Counted from the first letter of the stretch, positions 19,810 to 28,115 are shown. The stretch is DNA of 64,000 nucleotides from a virus (IMGVR_UViG_3300025689_000007:1180-65179), one strand, 5' to 3'. Notes: a model not told the origin generated them from the sequence alone. Numbers and translations are program-made.

Positions 19810-20868
19810 TTATTCGGTTTCTTTTATATTATCATTTTCATTCAATTCTATAGCCTTCACCCAACCCCTATTGATTGTATAAAATTCGTGATCCTCTGTA
19901 ACTATTATTTTATCACCATTTTCCAACTCAACTTCTACCCAATTTTTATTATTATGATTTATTCTTGGTTTTATTGCTAAATTCAACTCATCAATACCCT
20001 TATCAAAATTATAAGTAAAAACTTCCACATCATTTTTACCAAGAATCTCTTTCATTTTCATATCACCGTTTTTCGTCTTGATTATTGTATCTGGATGAAT
20101 ACAACCATCCCATTTCACTGTGATAGCCGCCTTTGATTTCGATCCACCGGAAAGTGTATCACGAATGAGTTTGGCTAATTCGATATTCTTTTCTATACCA
20201 TTCACGCCGTTGTTAAACATATTATCCTCAAAATGTTCTATATGCCGATTTATATCTTCATTGAGCACTTCTTGAATGGTATATATTCTTTGTTCCTTGA
20301 AGATTTGGCCTCTGACATTTCCAGGCCTTCCAATGGTTGCCCTGAGAAATTCCCTGAATTTCTCAAACCACTCCTTATTATCCAATCCCCTCGCTACATT
20401 TCTTTTATACTCCTCGAAGTCATTTTCTCCGATAGCCTTTCTTACCTTAGATGCAGAAATATCTTCTGCTGTTCTCTTGATTTCATCAAAGATTACATTG
20501 TAATCCACTCCGATAAACTGTTTTTTATAGTCTTCAATCCTGTCAGAACCGGCTATGATTGCAACACCATTGCTTGTTTCAATGTTTTCCTGTTTAATAA
20601 TATCTGGAATATAACCGTGAGAAGATAAAATCGGATGTGCTTTCGGGTTCGTTATCTTGAGAATGGATTTTCTCTGATTGTATGTAAGGAAATTTTTGGC
20701 GAGTTTTGAGGATTTCTCTCCCTCGATGATAAAAATGTATACCTTTGAATATTTCTTGAGAGAGTCTTCAATAATTTTTTGGTGGGCTTTTGTGGGTGGT
20801 GACATTCTACCTATAAAAATACCCACCGCTCGTGACTTCTGTTCTGTAATGTAATTTGAAAATCTCAT
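19810..20868 (-). CDS. HxGH nucleotidyltransferase (cytidylyltransferase-like) plus ligase-like N-part, ending in a split intein N-half (97 aa)
   Basis: GRMSPPTKAH, IAGSDR, ISASKVR motifs; HIEHFED...ITVKWDG, then CIHPDT.I...VTEDHEFYT..GWV.A.EL to the stop. Start reassigned to MRFSNYITE at 20868. Confidence 0.85.
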   Translation of the reverse strand: MRFSNYITEQKSRAVGIFIGRMSPPTKAHQKIIEDSLKKYSKVYIFIIEGEKSSKLAKNFLTYNQRKSILKITNPKAHPILSSHGYIPDIIKQENIETSNGVAIIAGSDRIEDYKKQFIGVDYNVIFDEIKRTAEDISASKVRKAIGENDFEEYKRNVARGLDNKEWFEKFREFLRATIGRPGNVRGQIFKEQRIYTIQEVLNEDINRHIEHFEDNMFNNGVNGIEKNIELAKLIRDTLSGGSKSKAAITVKWDGCIHPDTIIKTKNGDMKMKEILGKNDVEVFTYNFDKGIDELNLAIKPRINHNNKNWVEVELENGDKIIVTEDHEFYTINRGWVKAIELNENDNIKETE

Positions 20869-20934
20869 CTTAATAATGATATTTACTACCAGTATATATG
20901 TATTTCTTTCCAAACCGGTGTTACATTTCTATAC

Positions 20935-21255
20935 TTATCTCTTCATTCCCTCCAGATCTCTCATCAGAGTGCTCCTTTCGTGTTTCTCCCACATATCAAT
21001 TTCATAATTCATTTGTTTGATTATTTCATCCGGAATACCAAGTTTTTTTCCCGTTTTAGTGTTTACATCTTTTTTTATTTTCACCATCCTGTCAAAGTTT
21101 TTGAGGGCTTGATCTGGCTCATCCCTATATGTGTCAAAGATCTTTTTGCGAATAACCTCAAGATCTTTGATAGATGTCTTTACAAGATATTTTCCCTTTT
21201 CCAACCAATCCCTGTCTTTGTTAAATTCTTTGAAAATTTCTTCTATCTTATTCAT
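20935..21255 (-). CDS. hypothetical protein
   Basis: Probable start MNKIEEIF at 21255, with an ATGA overlap with the upstream gene. Confidence 0.55.
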   Translation of the reverse strand: MNKIEEIFKEFNKDRDWLEKGKYLVKTSIKDLEVIRKKIFDTYRDEPDQALKNFDRMVKIKKDVNTKTGKKLGIPDEIIKQMNYEIDMWEKHERSTLMRDLEGMKR

Positions 21256-21611
21256 ATGCTTTTCAGTTCCCCCGTTTTTGCCAAGTATAGAGTTATTGCC
21301 CATATATCAGCTCTTATGTTCTCTGGTACTTGACGAACATCACCTTTATATTTTAATTCTCTCTCAACATACTTCTGTATTTTCTGTTCCTCATCTGGAC
21401 TTTTATCCAATATTTTTATATATTCATTCCATAGTTTATTATCTATATCTCCGAGCATTGATGAAAGCCTTCTTGCATCATCAATACTTTTTGCTGTTGC
21501 AATTTTGAACATAAATTTTGTCAGATCCCGCATACCAATTGCTTCTGTCAATGCCATTAAATCACTTTTTCTGTAGAGATATTTGTCAATAAGATTGTCT
21601 ATCTTTTTCAT
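21252..21611 (-). CDS. hypothetical protein with CTS-like N-terminus
   Basis: MKKIDNLIDKYL start; coupled to its neighbours. Confidence 0.6.
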   Translation of the reverse strand: MKKIDNLIDKYLYRKSDLMALTEAIGMRDLTKFMFKIATAKSIDDARRLSSMLGDIDNKLWNEYIKILDKSPDEEQKIQKYVERELKYKGDVRQVPENIRADIWAITLYLAKTGELKSI

Positions 21612-21874
21612 ATGTTTGTTCTCTGTATTATCCTTTCATCTGGATTTAATCCCCAATTGGGGTTTTCTTTTGCTTTTTTAAGCAGTGCTTCCGGTGGTTC
21701 ACCTTCAATCTTTTGAGGATGAAAGAGTATTCTGTATTGAGGTCTTCTTCTTTCATCAAAATATGCAACAAGAACAGACCAGTTATTATATTCCCTTATC
21801 ACAACTCCTTTCAACATAACTTTCTTGTTTATCTGTGCTCTGCCTGTAACATAATCTCCACTCTGAAATTTCAT
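21608..21874 (-). CDS. hypothetical small beta-rich protein
   Basis: MKFQSGDYV..GVV SH3/KOW-like start. Confidence 0.5.
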   Translation of the reverse strand: MKFQSGDYVTGRAQINKKVMLKGVVIREYNNWSVLVAYFDERRRPQYRILFHPQKIEGEPPEALLKKAKENPNWGLNPDERIIQRTNI

Positions 21875-22237
21875 TTATAGCTTGCCCCCACCATATTTTT
21901 TGAATGCCTCTTTTTTCTTTTTGTCTATCACAGCCTGTTTTATTTTGGGATTTCTTTCCAGCTTATCAGCAAACCACCTAAGCGTATCAAATATTGGATC
22001 TTTATCGTCATATTCACCCACTTTCCTTATCCAAAACCAAAAATCATCTTCTTCATCGGCGAGAACCAGCTTTGCGTTGAAGGACAATTGTTCCAAGTTT
22101 TTCTCAAAATCATTCTCTATTTTTATTATCTCATTATCTGCCTTTACCAGAAGATTTCTGATTTCATCCCATTCTGGTTGCTTTTTGTATGTCTCTTCGC
22201 TCAAATATCTCTCAATCTTCTCGTCTATTCTTTTCAT
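21875..22237 (-). CDS. hypothetical protein with CTS-like N-terminus
   Basis: MKRIDEKIERYLSEE start. Confidence 0.6.
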   Translation of the reverse strand: MKRIDEKIERYLSEETYKKQPEWDEIRNLLVKADNEIIKIENDFEKNLEQLSFNAKLVLADEEDDFWFWIRKVGEYDDKDPIFDTLRWFADKLERNPKIKQAVIDKKKKEAFKKYGGGKL

Positions 22238-22458
22238 TTACTATACCATCCATATTTTTTGGTAATGAATTTTGCGTGTTCTTCCATTTCACTTACAAGC
22301 TCATCTATCAAATCTTTGGACATATATGGCATCCATATTTCTTGGGCAAAGCCGATAAGACGAGAATAAAAGCGCCACCAACAATCAGATTGTTTTTCTA
22401 TATCACCTTTATATAAATCGACACAAGATTCTTTGGCATATTCATCCATCACACTCAA
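22234..22458 (-). CDS. hypothetical protein (start uncertain)
   Basis: Weak TTG start; in frame with the upstream ORF across one TAG. Confidence 0.4.
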   Translation of the reverse strand: MSVMDEYAKESCVDLYKGDIEKQSDCWWRFYSRLIGFAQEIWMPYMSKDLIDELVSEMEEHAKFITKKYGWYSK

Positions 22459-22536
22459 TGTTGCAGATACGCTTTCCTTGAATGCATCATCCGCTTTCTT
22501 CTGTGCGAGTTTGAACCGGCTTTTAAGTCTCCCGTC

Positions 22537-22773
22537 CTATTCAGAAATATTTTCTTTATCATTCAAATATTTTCCAAATTTCATTTCTTCCTTCAGACCA
22601 TATTTTTTGAGAATGGCTCTCGCCTGTTCTTTGGTCATACCACCCATTATCCTTGCCATTACATCATTCATTTTCAATGTTTTTCTGGCCATGGCTATTT
22701 GATGTTTTACAAATGGATCTGTTGGCATCTTCTTGATCAAATACTTTTCAATTTTCTCATCTATTTTTTTCAT
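22537..22773 (-). CDS. hypothetical protein with CTS-like N-terminus
   Basis: MKKIDEKIEKYL start; ends in TAG. Confidence 0.55.
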   Translation of the reverse strand: MKKIDEKIEKYLIKKMPTDPFVKHQIAMARKTLKMNDVMARIMGGMTKEQARAILKKYGLKEEMKFGKYLNDKENISE

Positions 22774-22774
22774 C

Positions 22775-23079
22775 TTACACCATACCTGCGTAATTTTTCC
22801 AGATCATTTCTTATCTACCGGATGGAAAAATATATTCTTTCCTTTTATAACTATAACTGCCTGACGGGCCGTACCGCTTTATTGGAATTTGAAATGGATT
22901 TTCTACACTATATTTTTTAATCATTGAAAGTCTTTTATTTTCTTTGACCATTTTTGACTGATTTTGACTTTCAACACCATATCTTTTAATACAGGTCTTT
23001 TTTGACTTTTCCCTTTTTGTTTTTTTTTCCCTATCCTATATTTTCCTATTTTATTACAACCGTATTCACATATGTTCAT
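22775..23079 (-). pseudogene. decayed free-standing homing-endonuclease-like gene
   Basis: SD GAAGGGA then MNICEYGCNKIGKY; after a frameshift near the A9 run the sequence reads KTCIKRYGVESQNQSKMVKENKRLSMIKKYSVENPFQ...YKRKEYIFPSG, then a stop. These KKYGVEN-type repeats are typical of endonucleases in large phages and giant viruses. Confidence 0.65.
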
Positions 23080-23109
23080 AATTGATATCCCTTCTATATG
23101 TTTTTGTAT

Positions 23110-23799
23110 CTATATTACAAAATTATTTATATAGTTCATTAACATTTTTAACAAAGGATATCCCATCAATGTAAGATATGCAATAACATAACCGTAGATG
23201 CGAGTGTCGATATCATCAACAACATTTGCGTGTTCTTCAATCCAAGTATTATCACCAAACGCCGAAATAAGTTTGCTGGTAACGGCAATATCCGCAGCAC
23301 TTTCGCTCTGCTCTGAATATCTGAACGGCCTTAATATCAATACCCATATCATTTTCTTGAGCTGGAAGGTTTTGTCATCATCATCAACATGACAGACCTC
23401 AAATGATCTGTTAGCCAATTGATACCATTTAATATGAACGGCGTCGCCTATTTTCGGACTTACTGTTTTACTAACATCTCTCCTCCAAGTACTCATCGGG
23501 ATATGTGCAGTAATAACATCACCACCTGTCATTCCAAAAGATGACCACAAATTAGGTTCATCCACGACTTCGTAAATTATTTTTGTCTCCTTCGGTGCCT
23601 CATATGTAGTTCCTGTATGTTCACCATATAGCGTATCATACTCTACATCATTTGACCTGATATAATAATTTATCTTAACACCGGCAATATCGGTATACTC
23701 CATAATCATGCTTTCGGCAAGCATATGCTCCTGATTACCTTCTATATCATACAAATTCCATTGTGGTTTCTGTAAGCCAGTTCTATTCTGTTTGTTCAT
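23110..23799 (-). CDS. gp14: neck protein
   Basis: E.I...GV...Y..R...D..YGE, ..FG....D, P..GD......N..FE. Confidence 0.8.
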   Translation of the reverse strand: MNKQNRTGLQKPQWNLYDIEGNQEHMLAESMIMEYTDIAGVKINYYIRSNDVEYDTLYGEHTGTTYEAPKETKIIYEVVDEPNLWSSFGMTGGDVITAHIPMSTWRRDVSKTVSPKIGDAVHIKWYQLANRSFEVCHVDDDDKTFQLKKMIWVLILRPFRYSEQSESAADIAVTSKLISAFGDNTWIEEHANVVDDIDTRIYGYVIAYLTLMGYPLLKMLMNYINNFVI

Positions 23800-23826
23800 T
23801 TTTGAATTATCTTCATTTGTAATTTT

Positions 23827-23910
23827 GTGAATGCTCCCCCCCCCCCTCTAAAGGGAGTGGGCTTCTAAAGTAACCTTACGATTACTTAAAGAGTCCATTC
23901 CGACTCTTAA
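23827..23910 (-). mobile_element. IS200/IS605-family right-end / TnpB omega-RNA scaffold relic (non-autonomous)
   Basis: Minus strand: hairpin AAGAGTC-GGAATG-GACTCTT, hairpin AAGTAATC-GTAA-GGTTACTT (GNRA loop), then GAAGCCCACTCCCT-TTAG-AGGGGG...AGCATTCAC, the GAAGCC..TTTAG..GG..TTCAC layout of IS605/IS1341 right ends. Confidence 0.6.
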
Positions 23911-23962
23911 AATGTTAAATAAAAATTTATAAAAAAGTTATCCAATATAAATATAATAGCCA

Positions 23963-24757
23963 TCAGCCTATAAAAATTCCCAATCCCTCCCAACTTTCCT
24001 CGTTCCTCAATTGCTCTTCCAGTTTTTCTATTTCTGTTTGAGCCTCTGAAAGCAATGTATCACCATCAAGTGCGAGGCCAGTCTGCCCTATAGCCGTAAA
24101 ATTAGCAAACTTCGATCTAATTCTTCCCAGTGTTTTCTTACTCAAGGCTGTGGCATAATCAAATATCCACATATTATCATATAAATCCTCTTCCGTTCCT
24201 TCCAAGACATATGCCCTAACAAGAATATAGCCTGGAGAATCCAACCAAGTGTCCTGCCAACGAATTGTTCCTCCTGATGGTGGTGGCGGTTGTATTTCAA
24301 GAATATTGGTATATCTGTGGTAAGTAAAGTTGTATGTGTCAAATACGTATCGTTTTATTGTGTCCAAAAAATCTCTTGCTATGTGATAAGATACCAATGT
24401 ATATCCTGACCCGCCACCTCTCATCAGCAACATATCATACATACCTGCATTATACAGGTAATTTTCAATTGTAAAGAGTGTATGGATTGATCCGGTGGTT
24501 CGTGTGTCATAACTCAAAACTTCTGTAACATCTCCCGGCAACTCATAATCAGTAACACCGGCTGATAGTGCGATTGTAAAATATTTTTCTACTACACCTT
24601 GGCCAACTGCCCATTTGATAAATTTCTGTCTAGCATAATCAATATGATCAGCTATTTGCATATCATCCAGTTCAACTTTGACAACAGGATAACCAAGAAT
24701 CCTCTTAATCCTTTCTATCAACTCTGATTTTTTTATTGCTCTATATGGTTTAAGCAT
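23963..24757 (-). CDS. gp13: neck protein
   Basis: I.R.LG.PV..VE....Q....I..A, W...YA.AL.K...G.I..KF.....DG..L..EA..EI..LE..L. Confidence 0.9.
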   Translation of the reverse strand: MLKPYRAIKKSELIERIKRILGYPVVKVELDDMQIADHIDYARQKFIKWAVGQGVVEKYFTIALSAGVTDYELPGDVTEVLSYDTRTTGSIHTLFTIENYLYNAGMYDMLLMRGGGSGYTLVSYHIARDFLDTIKRYVFDTYNFTYHRYTNILEIQPPPPSGGTIRWQDTWLDSPGYILVRAYVLEGTEEDLYDNMWIFDYATALSKKTLGRIRSKFANFTAIGQTGLALDGDTLLSEAQTEIEKLEEQLRNEESWEGLGIFIG

Positions 24758-24758
24758 T

Positions 24759-24983
24759 TTATTCCCCAGCCTCTATTTTATCTTCAATGTCCTTCTTCAT
24801 TGCTGTCAACATTTCAATAGCATTGTCAATGAAGGTAAATACCATTTTGTCATTATAATTCAGATATGATCGCTCAAGGGATTTCAATATATCCATTACT
24901 CTATGAATATTAACGGGAACTTTTGCAAGAGGGTGTCTACTCCCAATATCGTCGTTCAATAGTTTGCTCATCTTTCTATCCAT
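24759..24983 (-). CDS. hypothetical protein
   Basis: 74-aa ORF tightly packed between neighbours. Confidence 0.5.
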   Translation of the reverse strand: MDRKMSKLLNDDIGSRHPLAKVPVNIHRVMDILKSLERSYLNYNDKMVFTFIDNAIEMLTAMKKDIEDKIEAGE

Positions 24984-25357
24984 TCACTATCCACGGCTTC
25001 CCAAAAGGCATCAACAATAGGATGTGATGTTCGTTCTTTTGGTTTCATAACATATTCTCTAACCAGTTTTTGATACATATCCTTGAAAAAATTATCAACT
25101 GAATTTTGTGATATGCCCCACGCACCCTCGGCCTCCGCGTTTGCTTTATCTATTTCTTCTATAACATCTTCTATTGCCTTTCTAAATTGAAAAACCATCT
25201 TTTTCTTCGCTTCTAATAGTATTTCTTTGGCCCTTTCTACTTCTTTATCAATAATGTTTTCAATTACATTATAGGTCAACCTTATTTCGGCTCTTGCCCG
25301 GCTTTCTGGTGTGATGACTTCTCCTAAATATTCCTCAATTTTCTTGTCTATAGACAT
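24968..25357 (-). CDS. hypothetical protein with CTS-like N-terminus
   Basis: Probable start MSIDKKIEEYLGE at 25357. Confidence 0.55.
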   Translation of the reverse strand: MSIDKKIEEYLGEVITPESRARAEIRLTYNVIENIIDKEVERAKEILLEAKKKMVFQFRKAIEDVIEEIDKANAEAEGAWGISQNSVDNFFKDMYQKLVREYVMKPKERTSHPIVDAFWEAVDSEWIER

Positions 25358-25460
25358 ATTCTCTATTGGCAAACATCATTCCCCTATTAAATACCACCGC
25401 CATTTTCATTTCTATTGTTTCTTCGTTTAAAAAGTTATTGATTTTCCTCTCAATAGACAT
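25335..25460 (-). CDS. 41-aa ORF with CTS-like N-terminus (below the ORF-track cutoff)
   Basis: SD GGGGG then MSIERKINNFLNEETIEMKMAVVFNRGMMFANREYVYRQEN; its 5' end resembles that of the next gene at DNA level. Confidence 0.4.
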   Translation of the reverse strand: MSIERKINNFLNEETIEMKMAVVFNRGMMFANREYVYRQEN

Positions 25461-25496
25461 TGAATCCCCCCCTGAAAAGTTATTATAATTCTCTAT

Positions 25497-25504
25497 TATT
25501 TATA
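25497..25504 (-). promoter_or_regulatory. late promoter motif
   Basis: TATAAATA just downstream of the terL stop. Confidence 0.6.
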
Positions 25505-25507
25505 ATT

Positions 25508-28069
25508 TTAATTAATTAATTTACCAGTTCTTGAAAGCCAGCTCCAATCCTCTGCAATCGGTTCAATATCACTTAAAACACCCCAAACATCGTCCTCTAT
25601 TTCTGTCTTTTTGATCTCAAATGATTCTTCCAGCATATCGGTTGTGGTAAAATAACATCCCCAGTATAAGGCTGTAATAAGGTCATCTGGCATATCTTTC
25701 CCAAAAAATTTACCTTCTTTTTCAATAAATGTGGATATTTGGTCCACAGTATCATAATCAACTATTGTCAAACTACCATCTTCCACAAGCTTTTTCATAA
25801 GCATGACGGCTCTTGGCTTGGTTCTGCGATCTGCTCTTACTCCTAAATCCTTTGTTTTTGAGCCAGAATTAACAAGACCGGGGTTTTCATACTCCCACCA
25901 TAGCCTTGTTACAACAGTTGAGCCCTCTGCATTGTTCTCCGCCATAATAAAGGCTGAATTATAATAGATTGATGTCCTATTTACAATGTCCGCAAATGTA
26001 TAAACATCAATATAATTATCATTGAATGTCGCTACTTGTTGCAATATAATTGGTTTGACCTGAACAATTTTCAATACCTGCATAGTAGAATAATTTTCTC
26101 CTGTTCCCTTTGCTGTGTCAACACCAATAACATAAACCGCCTTTTCTACTGGTTTTTCGTATATTTTGAGTTTCCCATTGGCCTGTTCAACTATCGGTCT
26201 GGTGCATTTGTCATATAATTTTTCAATAATGTCGGAATCTATAACTGTATTTGTAGAACCAAGAAATTCACATTCATATTCCTGTATAAATTTCTGTTTA
26301 CCAAGATTCTTTCTCTGGTCCGAAGCCCATTTCCTGTCTCTGCCCGGAACATCCTTCCAAGTTGATTTGATAGCAACGAAAGTGTTTTCCTTTCTTTCTG
26401 CTTGAGTATAAAGCCTGTGATATAGATTGAACATACCATTTGGTGTGGAAATGATAACAACTCTGGACTCTGATGAGGCGGCAATTGTAGGAAGGTTGGA
26501 TGACCAGAACTCTTCCGCCTTGTTTTTCTGAACGAAAGCAAACTCGTCAAGTATCAGGAGATTTATAGTTCTACCACGGAAAGAATCGGGAGATGTAGCT
26601 GATACCATAATTTTTGAGCCATTATCAAAATTTACGAATGTTTTGGAATATTCCTGAACGCCCGGTTTCAACCAGACGGGAAGCTCCTCATACATTATTT
26701 TCAGGCGGGAAAGAATGTCAATAGCCGATATCTGTTTATTAGACGCAATTCCAACGATTTTATCGGGATTAAATATTGCATACCAGAGAGCGTATGCACA
26801 TACGGTAGTCGTATTATGTGTTGGTATCATCGTTTTTCCACAAAGGAAAAGATGTTCATCATTGTCTACCTGTATACATTTTACAGGAACAGAATTAACC
26901 TTTATGATATTTTTGATGTATATTCTTGTATTTTTATCATGTCCAAAACATTTTGTTTGTCTATCTTTTTTTCTGGAAAGATTGAAAACAGAGAACCGTG
27001 TTGTGGAAAAAACAAGTGAATGATATCTTTCTCCATTTATAACTCTGTAATTCAATTTTGTTTTTATTCCAATAGATGAAAAAATTTCTCTTATATCTTC
27101 TATAAGAGTTGAAGATTTTTGAGAGAACTCACAAACCCCATCTTTCCCACAATAACCATTTGTGTCCATGAGACCTCGTATAAGTTCAAGTTTCTGATTT
27201 ATAGAAGCTGAAAAATATACTTTTGGTATATGTTTATTATTGATGAGATTAATTTTCCTCAAATCAATCATTAATTTATAAACATTAAAATACCCCCCAT
27301 TCTCATTTCTCCAATCTTTTTTAAAAGATGATGTTAAATACTTTTCCTGTATTATTTTGGAAATCTCATTATAGTCATTTATAGATGTAGATATTCTTCC
27401 ATTTACTAAATGACCTTCCCCCAACCATATACCAAGAATATATGGGTCTACGGGCAATTCAATATCGTCATTCACCACACCAGAGTGATAATTGATATAA
27501 TAAGAATGAGATGTATTACTGAATTTATCAAAAATTTCTTTTGTTGTAAGAACTCTTTCTTCGTGAGTTGTTCTTGGATTGTCTTGACTATTTTTATGAC
27601 CAAAATTTGATGAACCCACACACCATAAATGTTCCTCATCAACAACTATTCTTTCTCCATTGTCAAATTCAATCTCATAACAATTATGATTTTCCATAAC
27701 TTCTGTTACAAAAACAACTTTTGTGGGCTTACCATCCCTCCCAATGAGAAAATCCCCCACTTGAACATCACCTATCGTTGTCCATTTACCATTGGGTTGA
27801 GGCAAGGGAGTATCAAGAGCAAGTGCTTTTCCAGACTGCCTGCTCCAAAGACCAATGACAAATCTTTCATCTTGTAAAATTTTTAGAATTTTTCTCTGAT
27901 AAGGATACGGCTCAAATGCTATTCTTCCCCTATCAGGATGAATAATTTTAACATATTTCAGGAACTCCCATATATCTTGAGAGCATTTAGACAATGCGGC
28001 TACTTCTTCTGGTGAATATGAATATTCCTGAAGCGGCCTTTTTATAAAATCATCATATTTTACTGGCAC
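25508..28069 (-). CDS. gp17: terminase large subunit with intein
   Basis: Walker A SRQSGK/T split by an intein, Walker B LLILDEFAF, STPNG.FN.Y, F.QEYECEF.GS, and nuclease motifs GVDTA.G.G.NYS, AENN..G, DDL..AL. Confidence 0.97.
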   Translation of the reverse strand: MPVKYDDFIKRPLQEYSYSPEEVAALSKCSQDIWEFLKYVKIIHPDRGRIAFEPYPYQRKILKILQDERFVIGLWSRQSGKALALDTPLPQPNGKWTTIGDVQVGDFLIGRDGKPTKVVFVTEVMENHNCYEIEFDNGERIVVDEEHLWCVGSSNFGHKNSQDNPRTTHEERVLTTKEIFDKFSNTSHSYYINYHSGVVNDDIELPVDPYILGIWLGEGHLVNGRISTSINDYNEISKIIQEKYLTSSFKKDWRNENGGYFNVYKLMIDLRKINLINNKHIPKVYFSASINQKLELIRGLMDTNGYCGKDGVCEFSQKSSTLIEDIREIFSSIGIKTKLNYRVINGERYHSLVFSTTRFSVFNLSRKKDRQTKCFGHDKNTRIYIKNIIKVNSVPVKCIQVDNDEHLFLCGKTMIPTHNTTTVCAYALWYAIFNPDKIVGIASNKQISAIDILSRLKIMYEELPVWLKPGVQEYSKTFVNFDNGSKIMVSATSPDSFRGRTINLLILDEFAFVQKNKAEEFWSSNLPTIAASSESRVVIISTPNGMFNLYHRLYTQAERKENTFVAIKSTWKDVPGRDRKWASDQRKNLGKQKFIQEYECEFLGSTNTVIDSDIIEKLYDKCTRPIVEQANGKLKIYEKPVEKAVYVIGVDTAKGTGENYSTMQVLKIVQVKPIILQQVATFNDNYIDVYTFADIVNRTSIYYNSAFIMAENNAEGSTVVTRLWWEYENPGLVNSGSKTKDLGVRADRRTKPRAVMLMKKLVEDGSLTIVDYDTVDQISTFIEKEGKFFGKDMPDDLITALYWGCYFTTTDMLEESFEIKKTEIEDDVWGVLSDIEPIAEDWSWLSRTGKLIN
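26813..27826 (-). mobile_element. class 3 (Ala1) intein with LAGLIDADG-type domain, 338 aa
   Basis: Starts ALALDTPLP and ends IPTHN/T; W in block B (EEHLW), C in block F (VKCIQV), T in block G (PTHN); endonuclease motifs LGIWLGEG and IRGLMDTNG. Confidence 0.9.
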
Positions 28070-28070
28070 G

Positions 28071-28115
28071 TAAGAAAACCCCCATAAAACATACTTTCAT
28101 ATGTATTTATGGGGG
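28071..28115 (-). terminator. hairpin/terminator containing a late promoter and the terL RBS
   Basis: CCCCCAUAAA-U-ACAUAU-GAAA-GUAUGU-UUUAUGGGGG (10 bp, bulge, 6 bp, GAAA loop) followed by UUUUCUU; CATAAATA in the 5' arm; GGGGG 9 nt before the GTG start. Confidence 0.7.

Noticed and set aside
1443-21303. ORF-track starts at 3644, 9658, 20913 and 21303
   Set aside because: They extend into the upstream gene; downstream ATGs with overlap coupling or SD (3620, 9616, 20868, 21255) are more plausible.
23110-23190. Hydrophobic C-terminal extension of gp14, in frame via TAG with the endonuclease relic
   Set aside because: It could be stop-loss or chance (1 in 3 frame match), and the relic has its own SD; not assessable without homologues.
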